A DNA stretch of 53,933 nt from Elusimicrobiota bacterium (lineage in GTDB: Bacteria > Elusimicrobiota > Elusimicrobia > UBA1565 > JACRDR01). The stretch covers positions 1 to 53,933 of the forward strand of contig JBGFSC010000038.1 of NCBI GenBank assembly GCA_041694815.1. The letters run 5' to 3'. This document shows, one piece after another, positions 46,781 to 53,933 of the stretch (its first letter is position 1; every line of letters begins with the position of its first letter). The position numbers were made by a program, and so were the translations under genes. The notes under the pieces were generated by a model that did not search any database, was not told where the DNA came from, and saw only the letters and a program-made list of their open reading frames with translations.

Positions 46781-47206
46781 ATGGACCTTCCCTCCGCCTC
46801 GGCCGGCCTTGGCTCCGGCCTACTGATCGGGATATTGTTCTCCCTGCCTCTCTATTTGAAATCGCGCCGACTCGAGTCGGCCTTGCGCGGCCTGGAGGAG
46901 AAGGCCCAGCGCCTGCGCGAAGCCTGCGCGAGGAAAGAGTACCGCCTGGAGCGCTTCGACGTGCTCTGGTACCCAACCGTGACGGTCGACCCCGACGCCC
47001 AGCAGATCACGGGTGTCAGCCCCGGCCTTCCCCATTGCAAGAAATGCCGCGCGGCGCTGTCGGCGCAGAACGGCGGCTGGGCTTGCTCTAAATGCGGGGA
47101 TCGGCGCCCCGACTCCCTGGCGGACACCGTGATCACCGACACGGTGACCCGCGAGGCGCTCTCGTACTTCCAGGAAAGAAACCCTTCATATAAGTTAAAG
47201 AAATAA
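46781..47206 (+). CDS. Membrane-anchored zinc-ribbon protein
   Basis: N-terminal TM segment, PHCKKC...WACSKCG. Extended -10 upstream. Confidence 0.7.
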   Translation: MDLPSASAGLGSGLLIGILFSLPLYLKSRRLESALRGLEEKAQRLREACARKEYRLERFDVLWYPTVTVDPDAQQITGVSPGLPHCKKCRAALSAQNGGWACSKCGDRRPDSLADTVITDTVTREALSYFQERNPSYKLKK

Positions 47207-47235
47207 TGCCGACGAGACCTCGCGCTGAACCTCGA

Positions 47236-47292
47236 ACTTGCCGCGCGAAGCGCGGCAAGTCACGCTACAGGAGCGCGTAAAAGTCGCCATTT
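47236..47292 (-). repeat. Single copy of the hairpin repeat found at 22477-22660
   Basis: 47271-47288 is the exact reverse complement of 22482-22499. There is an 11-bp hairpin at 47236-47260. Confidence 0.75.
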
Positions 47293-47367
47293 AATCGCTT
47301 GATTTTGCCTTCGCATTTTATCACCTTATACTGACTCAAGACGTCACAGCCCCGTCATGGAGGATCG

Positions 47368-48624
47368 ATGAGAACAACCCTGTCGCTCGCCTTGCTTGCC
47401 TTTTGCACCTCCGCCTCGGCCGCCCCGTGGCATACCATCGGGCCGCGCGCGATGGGGATGGGGGGCGCCTCGGTGGCCCTCGCCCAGGGGCCACTGGCCT
47501 CCTACTGGAACCCGGGGGCACTCGGCCAGCTCTACAACACCAACGGCCTGGCCATCCCCTTCGGCCTTCGCGGCGAGTTCACCGGCACCGTGCTACAGGG
47601 AGCCAACGACTTAAACCAGCTCATCAGCGATTGCAACGCCTTAAACGCCAACTGCACGCAGGCCAACGTCAACAACGCCCTCACGCGCTTCGGGCAGGCG
47701 GGCAACGGGGCCCTGCTCAACGGGGGAGGCGGCGTCGAGATAAAGATCGGCAGGGCGGTTTTCTTCGCGCATAATTTCACCGATATCGGGGCCAACCCGC
47801 AAGTCGATCTCGTCAACGTGAACGTGCCGCCGGGGGCCAATCTCGTCACCAACAACCAGTCGAAGCTGGTGCTGCGCGGAGGCAGCTTCACCGAGTTCGG
47901 CATCGGCTACGGCCGCGAGATCGGCAAGACGGGCTTGAGCGTCGGCGCCAACCTCAAGGGCATCGTCGGCAAGATCGGCTACTACGCGCTCCCGATACTC
48001 ACGGAGCGGCCGGGAGGCGGCTCCTTCACGAAATTCGATAAGGGGGCCAAGACCAGCTTCCAGCCCGCCCTGGACTTGGGCGCCCTCTGGGACATGCGCG
48101 AAAGCTTCCCGATCCTGCCGATGCGCCCCCGTTGGGGGATCGTCGCGCGCAACGTCAACAACCCCACCTTCGCGCAGCCCGACGCCGCCAAGGCGGCCGG
48201 CGGCCGCAGCCGCTATTCCTTGGAAGGGCAGGTGCGCACCGGCGTGGCCTTAAGCCCGCTTCAGTTTTGGAATATCACCGCCGACGCCGACCTGACGGAG
48301 AACCTTACCCCGGTCGAGGGCTTTAAGTCGCGCTTCGTCGGCGCCGGCACCGAGATCAACGTTTTCAATCGGACCTGGATCAACATCCCCCTGCGCGCGG
48401 GCCTCCAGAAAAACGTCGCGGCGGGCCAGAATTCCGGCGTCTCCTACACGGCGGGCTTCGGGCTCAACTTCCTGCACCTCGTCGTCGATATCGGCGGGAT
48501 GGTCAGCTCCAAGACCACCGTGCTGCAGTCGCAGGGAAAGTCGGAGAAGATCCCCAATAATTTCGCGCTGGCCGGCCAGGTCGCCTTCTTCTTCGGCGGC
48601 GAGGACGAAGGGGTCCGGAATTAA
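47368..48624 (+). CDS. Outer-membrane beta-barrel, TraF_2/FadL-like
   Basis: Signal peptide, GPRAMGMGGA.VA.....A.YWNPG.L, amphipathic strands, LRAG. Confidence 0.75.
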   Translation: MRTTLSLALLAFCTSASAAPWHTIGPRAMGMGGASVALAQGPLASYWNPGALGQLYNTNGLAIPFGLRGEFTGTVLQGANDLNQLISDCNALNANCTQANVNNALTRFGQAGNGALLNGGGGVEIKIGRAVFFAHNFTDIGANPQVDLVNVNVPPGANLVTNNQSKLVLRGGSFTEFGIGYGREIGKTGLSVGANLKGIVGKIGYYALPILTERPGGGSFTKFDKGAKTSFQPALDLGALWDMRESFPILPMRPRWGIVARNVNNPTFAQPDAAKAAGGRSRYSLEGQVRTGVALSPLQFWNITADADLTENLTPVEGFKSRFVGAGTEINVFNRTWINIPLRAGLQKNVAAGQNSGVSYTAGFGLNFLHLVVDIGGMVSSKTTVLQSQGKSEKIPNNFALAGQVAFFFGGEDEGVRN

Positions 48625-48627
48625 CGC

Positions 48628-48789
48628 CTAAAGGGCGGGGATAAAGTAATAAATCTGGCTCGGGCCGTACTTCTCCTGTAGCTCGTCTAAGAACGGGCCG
48701 TGGTCGCGCACGTTCATGGACGAGTCCAGCACGACCCACTGGTTCTTGTATTCGCGGCCCGCGTCCATCGCGTCGAAAATAGGGATCAT
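48628..48789 (-). CDS. Small 53-aa protein (DUF5678-like), absent from the ORF track
   Basis: GGAGGAGG SD, then MIPIFDAMDAGREYKNQWVVLDSSMNVRDHGPFLDELQEKYGPSQIYYFIPAL*. Confidence 0.7.
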   Translation of the reverse strand: MIPIFDAMDAGREYKNQWVVLDSSMNVRDHGPFLDELQEKYGPSQIYYFIPAL

Positions 48790-48840
48790 CCCTCCTCCTG
48801 AAGGCTTGCGCAGCCTGCAGGAGTTGTATCAATTGCGCGG

Positions 48841-49224
48841 TTAAAAAGTTGTTAAAAGGCGGGAACGAACCGTCTCGACGAGACGGCGGTCGTCGAAGGG
48901 CTTGCGCACCACCTCGTCGGCGCCGCAGCGCTTGGCCTTGGCCTCCACCTCGGGAAGTATGGCCGCCGTCATGAGCACGATGGGAAGGCGCGCCGTCTCG
49001 GCCTTCGCGCGTATGCGGCGGCAGACCTCCCAGCCGTCCATCTTGGGCATGGCCAGATCAAGCAGCACGATGTCGGGAGGGCGCTCCGAAACCTTCCGAA
49101 GCCCCGCCTCGCCGTCGGCGGCCGTGTCGACTTCGAATCCCGACGCCGAGAAGCGCACGGCGAGCGCCTCGACGAGATCCTCTTCGTCGTCGATGATGAG
49201 CAGTCGAGGCCTCGGGTCGGGCAT
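48841..49224 (-). CDS. Single-domain response regulator
   Basis: Motifs LLIIDDE, LLDLAMPKMDG, RKPF. Start taken at ATG 49224. Confidence 0.88.
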   Translation of the reverse strand: MPDPRPRLLIIDDEEDLVEALAVRFSASGFEVDTAADGEAGLRKVSERPPDIVLLDLAMPKMDGWEVCRRIRAKAETARLPIVLMTAAILPEVEAKAKRCGADEVVRKPFDDRRLVETVRSRLLTTF

Positions 49225-49226
49225 GC

Positions 49227-50699
49227 TCACTCCTGCGGCAGCGCGAGATGGAACGCGGTGCCCTGGCCCAGCTGGCTCTCGGCCCATATGGAGCCGTTGT
49301 GGCGCTGCACGATCTCCTTGCAGATGGCCAGCCCCAGCCCGGTCCCCTTGTAGCCCCCGCCGCCGGCGGGCCGCCCCACCTGCACGAATTTATTGAAAAG
49401 GTCGCCGATCTCGGAGGGCGGGATTCCCTTGCCGTCGTCGAACACGCTGACGCGCACCCCCTTGCGCTCGGCCACGGCCGTCCCCTGCCCTTGGCCGGGC
49501 CTGGGTACCCGAGAGGTCAGGCTGTCGACCGCGCACGCGCTCACGCGCACCTTGCCGCGCGCGAAACGAAGCGCGTTGTCGAGCAGGTTGTTGAGCACCT
49601 GCATGATGAGGTCCCCGTCGGCCATGACGGGGGGCAGGTCGCCCGGGACGTCGACCTCCACGGAGATGCCGCGCTCGGTTCCCGCCAACTCGAAGCCCTG
49701 CACGGCGTCGCGGATGAGCCCGCCCAGCTCCAGTTTCTCACGCCGGATATGCACGCGCTCGGATTCCAGGCGCGAGAGGTCGAGGAGGTTGTTGATGATT
49801 CTCGCCAAGCGCTCGATGTTGCGGTGCGCCAGCGATATCAGCTTCATCTGGGGTTCTGGCATCGGCCCGACGAAACCCTCCATCAGGTTGGCCACGGCGG
49901 CCTTGATCACCGTCAGCGGCGAGCGCAGCTCGTGGGAAACGGTGCTCATGAGCTGGTCCTTGAGGCGGTCGACCCGCCGGCGCTCCTTTATCTCGGCCTT
50001 GATCTGCTCGATGCGCCGAAGCGCCGTAATGTCGCGGATGGAGGCGAGGAAGGCCTCCGTTTGCGCCCATTGCAGGCGCGTGACCCGCATCTCGGCGGTC
50101 TTTTCCCCTCCCTCGTAGGGGATCTTCAGCTCGGAGGTTTTTTGCGCCTCGACGGGATAGCGGAAGGGCTGACCGATGAGCTCCGCGCGCTTGCGACCGA
50201 AGAGCGTCTCGGCGGCGGGGTTGGCGTAGCGCACCTTGTTCTCCCCGTCGACGACGAGCATGGCGTCCGCCGCGTTGGCCAGGATATTCTCCATATCCCA
50301 GCGCAGGCGGCTGCGCTCGATGGCATAGACGATGGCGCGCTTGAGCAGCTTGGCGTCGAAGGTCGCCTTGACCAGGTAGTCCTGGGCCCCCCGCATGACG
50401 GCCTCCAGGGCCAGCCCCTCGTCGTAGAGGCCGGTGAGGACCACCACGGGGACGTGGGGGAAGCGCTCGAGCACCGCCGCCAAGGTCTCCAAGCCGCGGC
50501 TGTCGGGCAGCATCAAGTCGAGCAGGGCCACGTCGATGCCGCCCCCCTCCAAGGTCTTGAGGCCCTCGGCCAGGGTCTCGGCCCGCGAGATCCGGCAGCG
50601 CCACGGGAACTCCCCCGGCTCGGACAGGAAGGTGCTCATGAGCAGGATGTATTCCGGATCGTCCTCGAAGAGCAGCACCTTGATTTCTTTATAGGGCAT
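49227..50699 (-). CDS. Hybrid REC-PAS-histidine kinase
   Basis: REC (FEDD, LDLMLPD, GAQDYLVK), PAS (YANPAAE.LFG), SHELRSPL, NLLDNA, GTGLGLAI. Confidence 0.92.
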   Translation of the reverse strand: MPYKEIKVLLFEDDPEYILLMSTFLSEPGEFPWRCRISRAETLAEGLKTLEGGGIDVALLDLMLPDSRGLETLAAVLERFPHVPVVVLTGLYDEGLALEAVMRGAQDYLVKATFDAKLLKRAIVYAIERSRLRWDMENILANAADAMLVVDGENKVRYANPAAETLFGRKRAELIGQPFRYPVEAQKTSELKIPYEGGEKTAEMRVTRLQWAQTEAFLASIRDITALRRIEQIKAEIKERRRVDRLKDQLMSTVSHELRSPLTVIKAAVANLMEGFVGPMPEPQMKLISLAHRNIERLARIINNLLDLSRLESERVHIRREKLELGGLIRDAVQGFELAGTERGISVEVDVPGDLPPVMADGDLIMQVLNNLLDNALRFARGKVRVSACAVDSLTSRVPRPGQGQGTAVAERKGVRVSVFDDGKGIPPSEIGDLFNKFVQVGRPAGGGGYKGTGLGLAICKEIVQRHNGSIWAESQLGQGTAFHLALPQE

Positions 50700-50929
50700 A
50701 AAAGCGCTCCAAAATCCGTTTAATTATAGGCCCGCCCCCCGCGCGCGGCAACTTTAGCCCTGCTAGATTTTTATTGCAGGGCGTAGACGTCCTCACCTAC
50801 GTAGGCGCCCTCACTCACAGTGTTGACCCGTTTCCACTATAGGTCAAGCCTGCGGATGTCATGGAATGTCAAGGCTCAATTTCAAATAAGGTATAATCGG
50901 TCCCCTCAAAACCATAACTGGGAGGGAAC

Positions 50930-51556
50930 ATGGCGATAGAAGGGTGGTTCGCGAATCTGCACCTGTTGTTCCGATGGCTGCACGTGATCGCCGGCATCGC
51001 CTGGATCGGGCATCTTTATTTCTTCAACTTCGTCAACATCCCGCTCCAAGCCTCGCTCGACGACGCGTCCAAGAAGTCGGTCAATCCTCAGCTCATGCCC
51101 CGCGCGCTGTTCTGGTTCCGCTGGGGAGCGATGATCACCTTCCTGGCGGGCCTTGTCCTCTTCACGATGAATTACATGTACACGCCCGAGGTCGGCTTCG
51201 GGCCCAGCCCGCTCTGGTCGGATGAAAACGGCCTGACCCAGCGGGCGGTATGGATCCTGGCCGGCATGACCTTCGGGACCATCATGTGGTTCAACGTCTG
51301 GTTCATCATCTGGCCCTCCCAGAAGAAGATACTCGGCGGCAAGGTGGCGGGCGATGAGCTGGCCGCGACCCGCAAGAAGGCGGCCCTCGCCTCCCGGATC
51401 AACACCTATCTTTCCGGCCCGATGCTCTACGGCATGCTGGGGGCGACCCATTACACGGCGATCAACGCCTTTACCTTGATCGTCTTCATCGCCCTAGGCG
51501 CCGCGCCGATCTATTTCGCCTACCAGGGCTCCACGAAGGTCAGCACGGCCGTCTGA
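50930..51556 (+). CDS. PuuD/Urate_ox_N-like membrane protein (short, no fused cytochrome c)
   Basis: Motifs RWLHVIAGIAWIGHLYFFNF, WFRWGA, GTIMWFNVWFIIWPSQKK, SRINTYLS.P....M....H. Confidence 0.8.
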   Translation: MAIEGWFANLHLLFRWLHVIAGIAWIGHLYFFNFVNIPLQASLDDASKKSVNPQLMPRALFWFRWGAMITFLAGLVLFTMNYMYTPEVGFGPSPLWSDENGLTQRAVWILAGMTFGTIMWFNVWFIIWPSQKKILGGKVAGDELAATRKKAALASRINTYLSGPMLYGMLGATHYTAINAFTLIVFIALGAAPIYFAYQGSTKVSTAV

Positions 51557-51560
51557 GTGG

Positions 51561-52241
51561 ATGAAGGCGGCGCTGCTGGCGCTGCTGCTGGCCGCAGCCT
51601 GCGGGCGGGGCAAGCCCGCCTCGCCCGAGGCGCGGGGCAAGGCGGTCTACGCCAGCTACGGATGCCAGCAATGCCACCGCATCGGCTCCTCCGGGGGCGC
51701 GACGGGGCCGGATCTGACCTACGTGGGCTTTCGCAAGAGCGCCGCCTTCCTCGAGCTATGGCTCAAGAACCCTTCCGCCTGGCAGCCTAAGACCATGATG
51801 CCGAACTTCCACTTCAACGAGTCCTCGCGCAGGGACCTGGCCGCCTACCTGTCGACCCTGCGCGGGCAGGAGGATAAGGAAAAGCCGTGGAAGAAACCGG
51901 GTGCTCCTTCGGCGCCGGCGGCCCTGGGCAAGCTCGTGTATGAACGGGTAGGCTGCGGCACCTGCCACGGCCCGGCGGGCAAGGGGGGCTATCCGAACAA
52001 CAATGTGCCGGGCGGCGCGATACCGGCCTTGACGCAGTCCGCTTCTAATTTCAGTCGCGCCGAGCTCATCGACAAAATCGGCCGGGGCGTGCCCCGTCCC
52101 GACAAGGAGGACCCGCGCGGGCCCGAGCCGATGCTCTCGATGCCGGCCTGGCGCGAGCGGCTCACGGCCGAGGAGATCGGATACCTCGCCGATTACCTAT
52201 TCTCCCTGAAACCCGCCAAAACCGGCGCCGAGGATTGGTAG
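51561..52241 (+). CDS. Diheme cytochrome c lipoprotein
   Basis: Lipobox AAAC; CQQCH...GPDL...MMP and CGTCH...SMP. Confidence 0.9.
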   Translation: MKAALLALLLAAACGRGKPASPEARGKAVYASYGCQQCHRIGSSGGATGPDLTYVGFRKSAAFLELWLKNPSAWQPKTMMPNFHFNESSRRDLAAYLSTLRGQEDKEKPWKKPGAPSAPAALGKLVYERVGCGTCHGPAGKGGYPNNNVPGGAIPALTQSASNFSRAELIDKIGRGVPRPDKEDPRGPEPMLSMPAWRERLTAEEIGYLADYLFSLKPAKTGAEDW

Positions 52242-52243
52242 CG

Positions 52244-52621
52244 ATGCAGCATTCGCCGCGATTCCTAAAGCTCGTCGAAGAGGTGCGGCCTCGCGTGCGC
52301 GAGATCACCGTAGCCGACCTGAGGGCGCGCTTGGATAAGGGGGGGCGGGCGTTAGTCTTCGACGTGCGCGAAGACCATGAGTGGTCCGAGGGCCATATCC
52401 GCGGCGCCGAGCATTTGGGGCGAGGGATACTCGAGCGCGACATCGAAAAGCGGGTGCCCGACGTCTCGACGGAGATTATCCTTTACTGCGGCGGCGGGTT
52501 CCGCTCGGCTTTGGCCGCCGACAACCTGCAGCGCATGGGCTACACAAACGTTTTTTCGCTTGCCGGAGGCTGGCGAGCCTGGACCGATTCTGATGGGCCT
52601 ATTGAGCGGCAAAGGATTTAA
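52244..52621 (+). CDS. Rhodanese-domain sulfurtransferase
   Basis: Motifs DVRE..EW..GHI.GA, YCGGGFRS, LAGG..AW. Confidence 0.92.
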   Translation: MQHSPRFLKLVEEVRPRVREITVADLRARLDKGGRALVFDVREDHEWSEGHIRGAEHLGRGILERDIEKRVPDVSTEIILYCGGGFRSALAADNLQRMGYTNVFSLAGGWRAWTDSDGPIERQRI

Positions 52622-53687
52622 AGTGGGTCAAAAAACTCTTACAGCGGCTGCGATAGCGGCATTCCTGGTTTCGATTTTCGAATTTCTCTTTATGATCAGC
52701 CCTTTTATTGCTTATTTCTATGCCCTATTTAGCCCTCTACTTAATATATTGCAATCGACTTGGATATTGGCATGGCTAACTGATTTCTATCTCAGCCATA
52801 TCTCCGACGTATTAAGCTCTACACCAATCGTATATCCGTTAAGCCGGTTTTTCTTTTTCGGAGGCCTGGCCCTGTTTCTCACGCATGTCGCGTACCTGTA
52901 TTGGATGAAGTACATGCGCAAGCAGCTCGCCACGGGACTTCTTTACCGCTGGATTCGACATCCCCAATACCTCGGATTCATGATCGCGGGCCTGGGCGGC
53001 GCCATGCGATGGCCACGTTTCGTAAATCTTCTCCTATGGGCATTGATGTGCCTCGCTTATTTTCATCTGGCCTTATTCGAGGAAAGCTCGGTCTTGGGCC
53101 GCCATGGGCAAGAATATGAACGCTATCTTGCCAAAACCTGGAGATTTTGCCCTGGAGATACCGCTGCACGCCTTCCCGGCGGCAGCGCAACATTCTTATG
53201 CCTGGTGATCGCCACCGGCTTTGTCTGTCACTCCTTCAGCCTCCGACGATTGGTAGCTCGCCCTCTCCCAGCGCGCAATGATGTTTTGATTTTGGCCCCC
53301 CTCGACTATTTGCCGGCTAATGTAGAATCGGTAGTCGACTCGATCGCCAGCGAGCAAGGCTCACTGCCAGGAAAGGTTCTCCTTCTTTACCTGATTCGAG
53401 GCCAAAATATTCGCCATCTCTTGATCGATTCCGGCCTTGCCCAAGAGGCCTTTGATAGCTCTAAAGACGTACGCGGAGAAATTTTTATTCTCGCCGCACG
53501 AGCCGGTTATTCCTGCCTTGGAAAATTCTGCCCGAAAATGATGAACGCTCAGGATGCCCTAAGCGCCTTCGCAGTAAGAAAGCCTGTAGGCCTCTATTAT
53601 CTCTTAAGCGATCGCGACAATATTCCAAAAAAATTTACCTGGAGTGAGGATTCCACATTTGCTCATGCTTCGATGCCTGTACTATAA
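52593..53687 (+). CDS. Isoprenylcysteine/phospholipid methyltransferase (ICMT/PEMT)-like membrane protein with a C-terminal extension
   Basis: Motifs LATGLLYRWIRHPQY.G and EE......HGQEYERY. AT-richer than the flanking DNA. Confidence 0.7.
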   Translation: MGLLSGKGFKVGQKTLTAAAIAAFLVSIFEFLFMISPFIAYFYALFSPLLNILQSTWILAWLTDFYLSHISDVLSSTPIVYPLSRFFFFGGLALFLTHVAYLYWMKYMRKQLATGLLYRWIRHPQYLGFMIAGLGGAMRWPRFVNLLLWALMCLAYFHLALFEESSVLGRHGQEYERYLAKTWRFCPGDTAARLPGGSATFLCLVIATGFVCHSFSLRRLVARPLPARNDVLILAPLDYLPANVESVVDSIASEQGSLPGKVLLLYLIRGQNIRHLLIDSGLAQEAFDSSKDVRGEIFILAARAGYSCLGKFCPKMMNAQDALSAFAVRKPVGLYYLLSDRDNIPKKFTWSEDSTFAHASMPVL

Positions 53688-53785
53688 CCTAGTAAATCAA
53701 ACTTTTTTGAAACTCTAGCAGGCCGCCGGGCATTTTCGTGGCTTTGGAAACGAAAAATATCGTCAGAACAAGCGGAATTCGACTC

Positions 53786-53807
53786 TTAGTCTCAACGTTG
53801 AGACTAA
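53786..53807. repeat. Perfect 22-bp palindrome
   Basis: TTAGTCTCAACGTTGAGACTAA. Confidence 0.7.
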
Positions 53808-53816
53808 AAACAAAAT

Positions 53817-53933
53817 CACTCCTGTCCGGTTAAAATAGCGTAGGCGCCCTTCGTCATTGGTAGAATGTTTCTGCGAGGAAGCAATCTACCGACGGAGGAC
53901 GCCTATGCCTCATTATAACACAGTCCTGCATCA
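53817..53933 (+). mobile_element. IS4-family-like left end and transposase N-terminus (truncated by the window edge)
   Basis: CACTCCTGTCCGGTTAAAA terminus, internal TGGTAGAAT -10, GGAGG SD, and ATG 53905 giving MPHYNTVLH. This resembles the N-termini of DUF4372 IS4 transposases. Confidence 0.55.

Noticed and set aside
47368..48624. 'TraF' similarity suggesting a conjugative element
   Set aside because: The sequence fits a stand-alone outer-membrane barrel family. No relaxase, VirB4, coupling protein or integrase is in the window.
50800..50811. 12-mer CGTAGGCGCCCT shared with 53839-53850
   Set aside because: The match is short and GC-rich with no extended similarity, so it is compatible with chance.

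Overview
This is a GC-rich bacterial chromosomal segment, probably from a diderm (it has a TonB receptor, OmpA-type proteins and lipoproteins). It carries about 62 tightly packed genes and is bounded by insertion-sequence ends: an IS21-like terminus at 1-120 that truncates a FecR gene, and an IS4-like left end with the transposase start at 53817-53933. Recognisable modules are a deacetylase/GT4/NodS-like glycan operon, stress genes (Hsp20, Csp), a CP-ATP-grasp gene divergent from a B12 radical SAM gene, an orphan motAB operon with response regulators, a complete rsbRSTX stressosome wired to an RsbU_N-histidine kinase, three APC permeases, amgK-rapZ plus murU, and rlmI. Further along are a metallophosphoesterase-nucleotidyltransferase-hemerythrin unit divergent from a glutamine-synthetase homologue lacking most catalytic residues, a phosphatase/sulfatase/ABC/Crp-Fnr/TonB scavenging cluster, and a split PuuD-like membrane protein with a diheme cytochrome c and a rhodanese. 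Non-coding signals include a dispersed hairpin repeat family (3 copies), a head-to-head pair of DnaA boxes, and many apparently leaderless promoters. I saw no rRNA, tRNA or CRISPR array. All calls come from motif recognition by eye; no database searches were run.
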